This document shows, in pieces, positions 26,680-36,250 of a stretch of DNA of 64,000 bases. The notes beneath the pieces were generated by a model that was not told where the DNA came from, ran no database searches, and saw nothing but the letters and a program-made list of their open reading frames with translations. Numbering within the stretch: position 1 is the stretch's first letter; each line of letters begins with the position of its first letter. Made by a program: the position numbers and the translations under genes. The DNA is from a virus (lineage: Duplodnaviria > Caudoviricetes): positions 1-64,000 of the IMG/VR virus record IMGVR_UViG_3300016471_000834; one strand, given 5' to 3'.

Positions 26680-29412
26680 TTAAGCCGCGCCCTGAACCGC
26701 CACGCCCTTGCTGCCCACCGACACGATCACCCGCTCCGCGGTGTTCACGATGTCGAACGCGATGTCGATGTGCATATTCCCCTTCTCGCGTTCGCTGACG
26801 GGGTTGTTGCTCGAGTCCACCTTGATCGACACCTGCTTGTCGAAGGTTGGCCCCTCAGAATCGTCAAACCAGCCAGCAACAAACCAGTCCTGGAACAGCG
26901 TCCGCAGCAGGTAGCGGGACTGTGCAAAGGTGCCATCGTTGATCGGCCTGAACTCGAGCTGATCCAGACCCGTCAGAAGCGTCTGCACCACATGACCGAT
27001 GGCGAGCTCCTTGTGCTTCCACAGTCGACCCTGATAGCCGGGAATCCGGTCCCCTCGCACGGTAATGACACTGCCTCGAGCACGAATCTCGATGAGCCCG
27101 TAGCTGTTCAGCGCCTCGTTGTTGAGCACCGTCTTGCCCGTTGGAAGGCTCTTGACGGTCGGGCTCAGTGTATAGTCGGGGCCGGCTGGCGCCAGATGAA
27201 CGCCCTTGTTGACGACGGCAAGCGCCGCTTCCTTGCCCATGATGAGCCCGGTCAGGCTCGCCAAGTACAGCCCGGTTCCATAGGGATTGGTGATGTACCC
27301 GTAGCTGGGCCAGTGGATGGCGTGGGCGTCCTGAGCCTCCCCGATCTTGAGGTTCGTTTCATGCCAGGCGATGGCTCCCGATTCTGTCGTGGTCCCGCTC
27401 GGGATTTCAGTGTATGCCATCATCCCCTTCTGAAAGGCGTACTGCATGAGCTGCGCCTGAGCCGTCGCGTCCGTCACACCCGGCATGGCGAGCTTCAGCA
27501 TGCCCGTGGGGTAGGGCAGAATGTTGTTGATCAGACTTGTGTTGCTGTCCAACTTTGCCACGTAGGTGCTCGCGGCGACGCCAGCAATGCCATCGTAGCC
27601 ACCGGCCAGAGCCTGACGGTATTGAATGCGCCCGATCTTGCCAGCCACTCCGATCAGTGCCTCAGCATTCGTGAAGCCAACGACTGCATTCAGAGTCCCG
27701 TTTCCGATGGTGAGCGTAGCCGTGTTCCCGAAGTCCTGGGCGCTCGAGATCCGTAGTTTGTTGCTCTCTGCGGTAAAGACCACCACGACATCCGAAGCCA
27801 CACCACTCACACGGGTCAGCTCAAGCCCGTTCAGATGATCCGCCAGCTGCTGAGCCGTCTGGGAGCTGGTGAGCGTCGATGTGAGCGTAATCGGAGATCT
27901 GCCTTGAGCCGTGAAAATGAGAGTCTGTCCGTTCGAGAGAGTCCAGGGGCCGGCAATGCTGCCAAGTCGCGTCGGAGCCGACGGGGGCACTACGAGTCCC
28001 GTCAGGTTAATCCCGGTCTGCAGCGTGATCGTGTCGTAGGTGTTCCCCACGATGAGGTACCGGTTCCGGACGTTCCCCTCGCTCGATGCCGCTGCGGGGT
28101 AGTAGTAGGCGCCGCCCTTCGACTGATGCAGGTTCGTCGGGAGAGGCCGGGCGTAGATGAAGAGCTTGTCACCGCTGACTGCGTTCACGCCACCGGCTCG
28201 AGCGGTGAAGCCTGGGAGCCAGGGGTGCTGTGCCGCATAGGCCATCCCCAGGGTGCCGTTGGGCAGTCCGACAACGGAATAGCCGCCCTCCTCCATGACC
28301 GCCGAAACGGTGAACGTGGTGGAGTTCGTGAACGTCAAGGTGATGAGGCATGGCCTGGGGTCGGACCCCCAGGTGACATCATTCACGGTGTCAACGTAGG
28401 GCGTCCCCGTACCTGTGCGCGTCCACCGCAGCACCTGAAACTTGACCTGGTTCGTGGAGATCATCCCGTTCGGGGCCGGGATCTCCGCGAAATTCGCCGG
28501 TCGGGCGAGCATGTCAGCCGGGTCTCCGACGTAGCTGTCCGTGACCGAGATCTCGTAGTTGTCGGTGTCGTCCTCGATCGAAGACTTCCAGTACCTCTTC
28601 CCGCTGGAGTCGAGCGCCAGATTCTCCCAGCCCGAACGGGGGGCGTCCCCATCGCGGTACGGGTAGAAGGAGAAGTAGCTGTTAGGGTTCTCGCCACCAT
28701 CCGAGATCTCCACCTCCAGCGCCTCCGCCATCCCGGTGATCTCGTTGGTATTCACGAGCTCCATGTTCCAACGGCCATCGCTGGGGTTGCTCAGACTCGA
28801 GTCGAACGTCCCGTCGATGGTGAACACGCCCTGAGCCGTGTTGGAGATGACCCGGTAGGCCGCCGCGGGGACGTCCTGGGGAAACTTCAGCATGGCCCCG
28901 ACCCAGGCATTCGCCTTGGTGGTAAAGCCGAGGTTGACCGTGGTCGTGCTGGTAACGGCGCCGGCGCCGATGTCTCCAGCCATGACGGCGCGTCGACCAC
29001 CCCAGCGCCCACCGTTGTGCGCGCTGATGGTACCCAGGTCGGCATAGACAATGTGGGGAGCCTGCTCCACGACCGACGTATCCACCTTCCGACCGCGAAG
29101 AGGCCTTGATGCCTTCACATCGGTGCCATCGGTGACACGCAGGATGTGCAACTCCCCGGCTCCCTCGCCAGCAGAGTAGTAGTGCTCGCAGCATAGGGGA
29201 GCTTGAGAGGAAGTGGTCAAGCCTCCATAGATCCGCCTGTACTGGCTGAGGCCGCTCTCGAGGCTGATGACCTTGTCGGTCGGGCCGCTGCGGAAAATAC
29301 CCAGAATGACAGCACCCCCATAAGGGCCCTGCTCGATGGGTCGCGCTGCCGCCTTGCGCACTACCTGCGTACCCACTCCCTTGATGGCACCGAACACCCG
29401 CGTCTGACTCAT
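26680..29412 (-). CDS. Contractile tail sheath protein with large insertions
   Basis: C-terminal AIHWPSYGY...HLAPAG...NEALNSYGL...FRPINDGT...KGNMHIDIAFDIVNTAERV. Confidence 0.92.
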   Translation of the reverse strand: MSQTRVFGAIKGVGTQVVRKAAARPIEQGPYGGAVILGIFRSGPTDKVISLESGLSQYRRIYGGLTTSSQAPLCCEHYYSAGEGAGELHILRVTDGTDVKASRPLRGRKVDTSVVEQAPHIVYADLGTISAHNGGRWGGRRAVMAGDIGAGAVTSTTTVNLGFTTKANAWVGAMLKFPQDVPAAAYRVISNTAQGVFTIDGTFDSSLSNPSDGRWNMELVNTNEITGMAEALEVEISDGGENPNSYFSFYPYRDGDAPRSGWENLALDSSGKRYWKSSIEDDTDNYEISVTDSYVGDPADMLARPANFAEIPAPNGMISTNQVKFQVLRWTRTGTGTPYVDTVNDVTWGSDPRPCLITLTFTNSTTFTVSAVMEEGGYSVVGLPNGTLGMAYAAQHPWLPGFTARAGGVNAVSGDKLFIYARPLPTNLHQSKGGAYYYPAAASSEGNVRNRYLIVGNTYDTITLQTGINLTGLVVPPSAPTRLGSIAGPWTLSNGQTLIFTAQGRSPITLTSTLTSSQTAQQLADHLNGLELTRVSGVASDVVVVFTAESNKLRISSAQDFGNTATLTIGNGTLNAVVGFTNAEALIGVAGKIGRIQYRQALAGGYDGIAGVAASTYVAKLDSNTSLINNILPYPTGMLKLAMPGVTDATAQAQLMQYAFQKGMMAYTEIPSGTTTESGAIAWHETNLKIGEAQDAHAIHWPSYGYITNPYGTGLYLASLTGLIMGKEAALAVVNKGVHLAPAGPDYTLSPTVKSLPTGKTVLNNEALNSYGLIEIRARGSVITVRGDRIPGYQGRLWKHKELAIGHVVQTLLTGLDQLEFRPINDGTFAQSRYLLRTLFQDWFVAGWFDDSEGPTFDKQVSIKVDSSNNPVSEREKGNMHIDIAFDIVNTAERVIVSVGSKGVAVQGAA

Positions 29413-30755
29413 GGCATCACCTCGTTGGTAAGAACTCCCCCCTCGCGCACGAGGTAGGTCGTGATGAGATCTTGAACCGGGAAAACCCAGAATGTCAACA
29501 AAACTGTTGCTTGTTGCTCATATATACCCCCGCTATCGGGTGCTGTATCGTTGAATTCGTCAACCAGCACGACTTCAACGACTTCTCCCGACGCCGGGCT
29601 GAGCATTGCCCGGTATCCAGCAGAGGTGAACCACGCCCGCAAAGAATCGACCAGGCGACCAACATCGGAACGCAGCTCTCCGATCACTCGCAGGTTCAGC
29701 CGGCGACGCACATGCGTGCGAGCTGGCATGACGAGGGCCGTTGGCGGGTCCGCATACAGGTCGCGGATGTAGATGTCCTCTCCGCCGTCGAGGGCATCCT
29801 CGATGGACTGGCCGAGCACCAGCACCGATGGCAGTTTGTCGACCTGTACAATATCCCGGTGCTGGGACACGACGATATGCGGAGCATACCGAAACTCGAG
29901 CCGATAGGCGTGTCCGGATGGGATGGGATCGTCAGGAGTCCATACGCCATCGGCGTAGACTCCTGACAGCTCTGTCTCTTCCGCAGGGTCCGCGGTCTGG
30001 TCAAACGCAGCGTCCACCCCTGTGACATCGTAGGTCCACTCGTCGCCTGGTACCGCAATGGAAGCGAGCTCGCTCTCGGCGGTGGATTCGATGACCCCGG
30101 TGGCGCTGATGCTCGCCCGCAGGCTTGCCAGGACTGTGCGGACCAGGGCGTCATCGTAGGCATCGATCTCGACGCATCCATACGCGAGCCGCGCCCCGTA
30201 AAAGGATGGAGTCACCTCTGGATCGTCCGTGGAGAGCTTGACCACGATCTGGATGATCCTGCTCGATGCCGAGAGCCCGGCGATGTTGCTCTGCAGGAGC
30301 TGCCCGGTGGACCAATGATCATCGGTCGTAGCCACTGCCCAGGCCGTCCCGTTCCACCACCATTCGTCTGAGCCATCAAACACGCGGAAGCTCACTGCGC
30401 TGCCCGTTGGAGCCTCCCAATAGAGCTCGAGCGCCTTCCAGGCTCGAACAGCAGATGCCTCGAGCACAGGAGTGCGAGCGGTGCGAGATCCCCCTGCAAA
30501 GTCATCGTCGATCACGTAGTGGCCGCTGACCTTTGGCAGCCTAGCTCGAGCCGTGAACATCATGCCTTTGCAGGCGTTGAAAAACATCCCTCCCAGCCCA
30601 CTGCCCGCGGTATAGGAGGGGGACAGGAGCTCCCATAGCACATCTTCGGAGTCAGGGCCTCGCTCGAGATCGGGCACATCCTGGCCGCTGTACAGACGCA
30701 ACGTCTTTTCATCCAGGAGCAGGTCGGCCACATGAATCTTGAGGACTCGAGCCAT
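29409..30755 (-). CDS. Tail terminator/completion-like protein
   Basis: Position upstream of sheath; C-terminal KLPSVLV...LNLRVIG. Confidence 0.5.
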   Translation of the reverse strand: MARVLKIHVADLLLDEKTLRLYSGQDVPDLERGPDSEDVLWELLSPSYTAGSGLGGMFFNACKGMMFTARARLPKVSGHYVIDDDFAGGSRTARTPVLEASAVRAWKALELYWEAPTGSAVSFRVFDGSDEWWWNGTAWAVATTDDHWSTGQLLQSNIAGLSASSRIIQIVVKLSTDDPEVTPSFYGARLAYGCVEIDAYDDALVRTVLASLRASISATGVIESTAESELASIAVPGDEWTYDVTGVDAAFDQTADPAEETELSGVYADGVWTPDDPIPSGHAYRLEFRYAPHIVVSQHRDIVQVDKLPSVLVLGQSIEDALDGGEDIYIRDLYADPPTALVMPARTHVRRRLNLRVIGELRSDVGRLVDSLRAWFTSAGYRAMLSPASGEVVEVVLVDEFNDTAPDSGGIYEQQATVLLTFWVFPVQDLITTYLVREGGVLTNEVMP

Positions 30756-31477
30756 TACGCGGCCTCCCTGAATGCCTGCTCAACAGCGTTCGTCCAGCGC
30801 TCTTTGACGTAGCCCTGGAAGGTTGCATCTCGAAGCACGGCCTCGAGGAATGGTCGTCCAGGGATGACCCAGATCCCGGGCTTGCCGCTGGCGCCACCCA
30901 GGCCGAAAAGCATGTCTGTTGCCGCCGCGTTCATGGCCTTGCGCTGTGCAGGCTTTCGCTCGCTGATAGAGACCATCGCCCGCCCAACCTCCGCAAGAAG
31001 GCGCTCGCGCTCTTCAGGCTTGTTGCGCATGTCCATCGTGAAGCCATCATGGAGCCGCTGCGCGATGGATACCTGCTCCTCCCCCACCTCTGTCTTGATG
31101 ACGCCAACCCGTAGCTCAAACGGGTTCTGCAGCTTGTAGCTGATGGCCTTGATGAGGTTGCCGTGATGGACGAGGGGCGTACTCGATCCCTTCAGAATGA
31201 TCGTGATGGGCGAGTTCGGAGCATACTCCTTGGCTCGAATCTTTCGCACGGCCATCGCCCTGAACTTCATCCCGATGGCTTCGTTTGCGTTCCGAACACG
31301 AGCCGTGAGGACTGGTCCAAAGACCGCCCAATTCAGTGCACGATCCATCCGGTCCCAATCCCCTGAGAGGACAACACCGCTTTCGCCAGAGCCGCCCCCG
31401 CCGCTGCCCGCCGCTCCACCGCTCGAGCCTCCAGTGCCCTTGATAAAGCGGCCTTTGCTGTCCCTCATCGCTGGCAC
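30755..31477 (-). CDS. Virion morphogenesis/neck protein (Mu gpG / HK97 gp10-like)
   Basis: APNSPITIILKGSSTPLVHHGNL...IPGRPFL. Confidence 0.75.
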   Translation of the reverse strand: MPAMRDSKGRFIKGTGGSSGGAAGSGGGGSGESGVVLSGDWDRMDRALNWAVFGPVLTARVRNANEAIGMKFRAMAVRKIRAKEYAPNSPITIILKGSSTPLVHHGNLIKAISYKLQNPFELRVGVIKTEVGEEQVSIAQRLHDGFTMDMRNKPEERERLLAEVGRAMVSISERKPAQRKAMNAAATDMLFGLGGASGKPGIWVIPGRPFLEAVLRDATFQGYVKERWTNAVEQAFREAA

Positions 31478-31908
31478 TATAAGCCCTCCTTGACTGTGCG
31501 GCTTGGGGGCCGGGTCTTTGCAACGGCTGTGACCGTCTTATCCGCATGGAACTCCGCAGCGTCCGGCTTTGCCAGCTCGAGGTACCAGTTACAGGTCGTG
31601 ATCAGTCCGGCCCGGTCTCGATAGCCGATCATAAAGTCGCCATCAGCTGGCGAATAGCCGAGTCGCGTCAGGTCTCGACGAAGGAACACCACATCGGCCT
31701 GGGCGTCCAAGCGGGCGCCTCCAGGGTACATGGCTCGACGGTTCTCGCTGATGACGTCGACCTGTGCTGGGATCTCCACAAGGTCACCTCGAGCGATGTA
31801 TGTCGACGGCTCCCGGAGCAGATCATCGATGCGGGTGGATGACCTGGCGATGGGCCTGATGAGCACTGTGCGCGGGTTGATCAGGCGAGCTCTCATGGCT
31901 TCTTGCAC
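31477..31908 (-). CDS. Head closure (stopper) protein
   Basis: Position and size; DDLLREP...AQV...FLRRDL...GD. Confidence 0.6.
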   Translation of the reverse strand: MQEAMRARLINPRTVLIRPIARSSTRIDDLLREPSTYIARGDLVEIPAQVDVISENRRAMYPGGARLDAQADVVFLRRDLTRLGYSPADGDFMIGYRDRAGLITTCNWYLELAKPDAAEFHADKTVTAVAKTRPPSRTVKEGL

Positions 31909-32210
31909 CTCCGACGACTGTGCGGGGGCAATATGAGCGGGAGAACGTGTTGCGGCATGGGCCGCATTTCGTACTCTCCATCAATCCCCTGGTTTCTCAG
32001 CTCTGCCATGATGGCTTCCGCCTCCACCCGGCTCGGTACCAGCAGCGGCTGGCCCGGCAGGAGTTGCCATCCGCGCACCCATCGTGGTATGGACGATCCT
32101 CGTGCCACAATGGCCTGGCACTGGTTGTGCTTACACCATTCGGAAGACCAGTCCACCGATTTCGTCGACACTGGCGACCCCCACAAAGGGCGGGCGCTTG
32201 TACTTGGCAA
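31893..32210 (-). CDS. Possible small hypothetical protein (true start uncertain)
   Basis: Fills the gap between adaptor and stopper; no clear RBS. Confidence 0.3.
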   Translation of the reverse strand: MPSTSARPLWGSPVSTKSVDWSSEWCKHNQCQAIVARGSSIPRWVRGWQLLPGQPLLVPSRVEAEAIMAELRNQGIDGEYEMRPMPQHVLPLILPPHSRRRCKKP

Positions 32211-32919
32211 TAATCTGGTCGACGATTCTGTCTCCCGTGAGGCCCCCGGACATGCCTATCTGCGCCACCATGTACCCACGCCCGTGGGTGTTTTCCTGCG
32301 CGATAAAATGGCGCCGCTTGTCTTCCTGCGCGTCCGCGTCACCCTCGTAGGGAGACAGGATCTCCACGAGGCGAGCGATAGCTTTCAGAATGAGGCCCGG
32401 GGTTGTTCCATCCTCCTCGAGATAGCCCCAATCGGCCGTCACATGGACGTTCCGAGTGCCACGGGACCATTTCGCAGTGGGGAACAGGCTACTCAGCGAT
32501 GCGCCGCTTTGGCCTGTGAGCTCGATATACGGATCTTGGCGGGGGTCGTCGAACCCAGCAAACCCGACGCCATCATTGATTCGAAGATCGTCCACGTCGA
32601 TCTCAGTGGCGTTATCACCCTCGCCCACCGTCACCGCCGTGACTCCTGTGCCTCCCTGGGCAGTGGATACAACAGGTAGCGGAAGCTCGAGCCGCCTTTT
32701 GCCAGTCCCGTCGATATCCAGTGTACCGTTGCGCTTGAGGAAGAATCGCCCGGTGGCCGCATGAAAAGTTTGCACAGCGTCCCGGAGTAGAACCTCAAGC
32801 CGAGCGTTTGAGGGGCTTGAAGTCCATTGCGGACCCAGGTAGTCCGACCGGAGGGCGCTGAGTGCGAGCTCTTTCGTGCTGCCAAAGTAGCGCCAAGTCT
32901 CGATCGCTTCAAGTGCCAT
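32131..32919 (-). CDS. Head-tail adaptor/connector
   Basis: TGRFF...WSRGTRNVHVTADWGY...TPGLILKAIARLV. Confidence 0.75.
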   Translation of the reverse strand: MALEAIETWRYFGSTKELALSALRSDYLGPQWTSSPSNARLEVLLRDAVQTFHAATGRFFLKRNGTLDIDGTGKRRLELPLPVVSTAQGGTGVTAVTVGEGDNATEIDVDDLRINDGVGFAGFDDPRQDPYIELTGQSGASLSSLFPTAKWSRGTRNVHVTADWGYLEEDGTTPGLILKAIARLVEILSPYEGDADAQEDKRRHFIAQENTHGRGYMVAQIGMSGGLTGDRIVDQIIAKYKRPPFVGVASVDEIGGLVFRMV

Positions 32920-32937
32920 ATGCCAACCCCTCAGAGT

Positions 32938-32970
32938 AAAAGGCCCGGCACCGCTCTCACGGCCCGGGCC
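32938..32970 (-). terminator. Rho-independent terminator after capsid/decoration genes
   Basis: GGCCCGG...CCGGGCC followed by TTTT on the minus strand. Confidence 0.65.
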
Positions 32971-33002
32971 AGTCCTGCCAACATGCCGGTCGCTGGGCCA
33001 AA

Positions 33003-33893
33003 TTACTGTACCAGCTCCTCAAGATCCAACTCAATCGCCAACCGCCCCTCCGCGAAGGCCGTCACGCTGGCGATCACGAGGGAAAGGCTATCGCCGGGAG
33101 CGAAGGCATTGTTGGCGCTGGCCGCGCTCAATGCGGTCACAGCACCGATGGTCTTCGTGCCAGCGTAGGTGGCCGCGAGGCCACTGATCGCCGTGCTGCC
33201 GATCTTGAAGCTCAGAGCCGCCGTCTTGCTACCGGTCGTGATGGCCTTCTCGCAGATGACCCGGCCACCGGTGATACGGCCGTGGATCTTCGGCAGAGGC
33301 AGAGTGATGAACGGGTCGGCATTGGCCAGGTCCGCCGCGTCGAAGGAGCCCAGGCGAAGCGACTGGAACGGACGATAGAACGACTTCGAGCTGACCGGGT
33401 CCTTCAGATAGCTCGAGCCCACGCTCTTGTAGGACGGATCCAGCTCATAAGAGCGCCGGGTCCGATCCAGGGTTAGTGTTACCGTCGAACTCGAACGCAC
33501 GAACTTCGCGTCGCCGCAGATCTGGTAGCTGTAATCACCGATGGCCGACTCGAGCGCCGACTCCGAGATGATGGATGTGCTCCCAGTGGTGCCTGGCGTT
33601 CCGGTGATGACCTTGCTGAAGAGGCCGTTCACTTCTGGCACGTAGTAGATGACGACCGTGGCGCGAACTTCGTACCCATCGGCTAGAGTGCTGTTGTCGT
33701 AGGGCTTGAGATTGTTCTCGCCCGGAAAGTACTGCACCTTCCCATCGATCACCGCTTCACCGGGCTCAAGATCGAGCCTCAGCGCGTTCGAGGCCTGAGC
33801 CACGCTGGGGTGCAGCAGGTGAAGACCGAAGAGCCGATTGACGCCCATGACGCTGTGAGGTGTCACAGACTCCTGCCTGTTGTCCAACCGCAT
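33003..33893 (-). CDS. Probable capsid decoration/accessory protein
   Basis: Beta-rich two-domain protein in the head cluster; strong RBS. Confidence 0.55.
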   Translation of the reverse strand: MRLDNRQESVTPHSVMGVNRLFGLHLLHPSVAQASNALRLDLEPGEAVIDGKVQYFPGENNLKPYDNSTLADGYEVRATVVIYYVPEVNGLFSKVITGTPGTTGSTSIISESALESAIGDYSYQICGDAKFVRSSSTVTLTLDRTRRSYELDPSYKSVGSSYLKDPVSSKSFYRPFQSLRLGSFDAADLANADPFITLPLPKIHGRITGGRVICEKAITTGSKTAALSFKIGSTAISGLAATYAGTKTIGAVTALSAASANNAFAPGDSLSLVIASVTAFAEGRLAIELDLEELVQ

Positions 33894-33919
33894 GAAAAAC
33901 CTCCTGCACCTCGTGGGTG

Positions 33920-34861
33920 CTACTTCAGATGGGCCTGCACAGCGGCCACGAGATCATTCCAGCTCATGCTCTTGGCGTTCTCCGGCAGAGGAATCCCGGC
34001 CTTCCGCGCTTCGGAGCGGAGCGACATCACGGACTTGGACGGACCCGCGATCAGGGCTCTCACCTTCTCGAGGGGGTCCGCAGAATCACCACCAGAGCCG
34101 GACTGGTGCAACGGCTCATCCTCCAGGTCGGCAGCGGAGAGGCCTTCGCCCGGGCTGCCTGAACGCTCAGGCAGGGAGGACACTTCGGGACGAGGTGACG
34201 GCGCTGGCTGGACAGGCTTGCCTGGTTCCTTCTCGGGCTCTTTCACCTTCACTTCTTCCTGACGCGGCTGCTCAACCACGGGGGGGGGAGCCTTCGCAGG
34301 AGGCGGTGTGGGTGCAGGAGCACGGGCAGATCCCAGGAGCACGTCCAGCACGTCCTCATCAGTCAACAGCAGGAGCGCTGACACGATCGCGATAACTGTC
34401 GTTTTCCGCTGGGGTCGAGGTAGTCCCTCAACCCAGGCAGTGACTTCCGCAACGCGCTCAGCAGATGACAACTCTCGAGGCGGCTCAGGGGTGGGAACCT
34501 GCAATGTCAGGCCCGATGGAACGAGCCCGGCAAGCAGTGGCCCCACATCGTTGGAAACGGTCTCATAGATCGCCCGCGCTTCTGGCGAAAGCTCGGAGAG
34601 CATGGCACCAACTTCCATCAGCGACTTGCGGAGGACCCCTACCACGCGCATGGCCGTTTCACGAGGCTCATGAGCTGTGATGGGAATGCCTCCCGGCGCG
34701 TCGTGCCCGTGAGTCTCCACGCACTTCCAGGCAGGGTCCTGCCGAAGTGTAAGAGCAGAGGGGGACGACAGAGCCACAGTTATTTCCGCACCGCGATGAT
34801 ATGTCTGCCCCTCAAAGACTCGGCTGTGCGCCGTCAGAGTCGCCTTTAGAATCCGTGCCAT
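33920..34861 (-). CDS. Hypothetical protein with Pro-rich linker and C-terminal Rho-N/HeH-like domain
   Basis: KSVMSLRSEARKAGIPLPENAKSMSWNDLVAAV; immediately after MCP. Confidence 0.6.
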   Translation of the reverse strand: MARILKATLTAHSRVFEGQTYHRGAEITVALSSPSALTLRQDPAWKCVETHGHDAPGGIPITAHEPRETAMRVVGVLRKSLMEVGAMLSELSPEARAIYETVSNDVGPLLAGLVPSGLTLQVPTPEPPRELSSAERVAEVTAWVEGLPRPQRKTTVIAIVSALLLLTDEDVLDVLLGSARAPAPTPPPAKAPPPVVEQPRQEEVKVKEPEKEPGKPVQPAPSPRPEVSSLPERSGSPGEGLSAADLEDEPLHQSGSGGDSADPLEKVRALIAGPSKSVMSLRSEARKAGIPLPENAKSMSWNDLVAAVQAHLK

Positions 34862-34916
34862 GCCTTCATCTCCTCGCCATAGTGCGCAGGCGTTACATCA
34901 GGCCGTCAGTCCGGGA

Positions 34917-36212
34917 TTAGAACTCCTCAACCGGGATGACCACGCCGTCCTGTAGAACCATCGCGTCGGGGTTGAAGAGAATGACGTCCATCTCCCAATA
35001 AACGTCGAAGCGAATCCGCTCGAACTCCTGCTCAAACTTCCGGTACACTCGGACGCCACCGTCCCCGGACCGGGTGCACATGACGAAGCAGATGTTCTTG
35101 GGGTTCGTCAGAATGATGGACGTGCAGTCCACCACGTCAAGCGTGTAGTCGCTCGCGGTCGTGCTGATGGTCGACTGGCCCAGGGTGCCCGACGCGGTCA
35201 CGTACAGGTGGCTGGACTCTGCCGTCACGCTCAGCGTCTCGCTCTTGCCGGTGGCCACGCAGGTGAGCTTGACCTGGCGTCCGACGTGAGTGCTGTTGTA
35301 CCCGCCGAAGAGCGTATCCACCTGGGCCTTGACCTTGCCGGAGCTGTTGGTCACGGCGTCCGCTGCGGACGTGCTCTTGTTCAGGGTGCTGAAGCCCTGG
35401 GTGTTCGGAAGCTGGGGCACCAGCAATGGCGCGATACCCTGGGGATTGTACCGAAGCCGCTGCTCGGTGAGGCCCCGCAGAGAGCCAGCGTTACCCTGAG
35501 CGGCGAATTCGTTGACCTCCCAGGTGAACTCCTGGTCGATTCCGGGGTGGACCATGAACCGCAGATTCGGATCGTCGACATACTCGACCGGCATCTTCTG
35601 CTGGATGGCCTTCCACACGTTCCTGGCGTAGGTCTTCCCGTAGTCCGTGGTCCGCCGAATGGCCTTCGACCGGGCCTGAACCAGCACACCATCGGACCCA
35701 ACCAGGAGGCGATTCTCCCTGGTGCTCAGATCGGTGATGGACTTGTCGCCCCGGATGATGACCTTACCGAGCGAGTTGGCGAGCTTCCGAGCAAACAGGG
35801 TGACCACGGCCTGCTGGAAGTTCTGCGTCCCCGACGCCCGTGCCTCGCTGATGTCCTCGAGGGTCAGGTAGAAGGTGGACTGGTACTTCGTACAGGAATA
35901 GGCCCGACGATCCATGCTTGGGCTCGAGGTGATGGTCTTGCCGTCGTTCTCCTTGACGGCCTCCGCCACATCGCCGCTGATGTCTACGGTCGGAATCTCG
36001 CCAGACCGCTGCTCGCGCAGCCGATAGCTGACCTGGCTCAGCCACTGCACATTCGCCGTCGCCAGCACGACGAGAGATTCGATCTGGGGCCGGTTCATAA
36101 ACTGACCGACCTGCACGGACGATGTCGTGATGACGCTCGGCTCCGCAGCCTTCAGCGCATCATGCCCGGCAAGCGTGGCTCCGGCGCTGTTCAAAAGCTC
36201 CTGGTTATTCAA
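34917..36212 (-). CDS. Major capsid protein (HK97 fold, P2/XkdG-like) with ~80-aa insertion
   Basis: GQFMNRPQIESL; LANSLGKVIIRGD; IILTNPKNI; RIRFDVYWEMD. Confidence 0.9.
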   Translation of the reverse strand: MNNQELLNSAGATLAGHDALKAAEPSVITTSSVQVGQFMNRPQIESLVVLATANVQWLSQVSYRLREQRSGEIPTVDISGDVAEAVKENDGKTITSSPSMDRRAYSCTKYQSTFYLTLEDISEARASGTQNFQQAVVTLFARKLANSLGKVIIRGDKSITDLSTRENRLLVGSDGVLVQARSKAIRRTTDYGKTYARNVWKAIQQKMPVEYVDDPNLRFMVHPGIDQEFTWEVNEFAAQGNAGSLRGLTEQRLRYNPQGIAPLLVPQLPNTQGFSTLNKSTSAADAVTNSSGKVKAQVDTLFGGYNSTHVGRQVKLTCVATGKSETLSVTAESSHLYVTASGTLGQSTISTTASDYTLDVVDCTSIILTNPKNICFVMCTRSGDGGVRVYRKFEQEFERIRFDVYWEMDVILFNPDAMVLQDGVVIPVEEF

Positions 36213-36250
36213 AATACAACCCTCCTACTGAATGAACGCCGACGCCACGA

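Noticed and set aside
14748-30755. Tailocin or extracellular contractile injection system interpretation of the tail genes
   Set aside because: Terminase, portal, protease, capsid and head-tail genes are all present, so this is a full phage.
15861-35165. 21-nt near-identity between capsid and fibre genes as a possible DGR template/variable repeat pair
   Set aside because: Too short, the single mismatch is a synonymous C/T on the coding strand rather than adenine-specific, and no reverse transcriptase is present.
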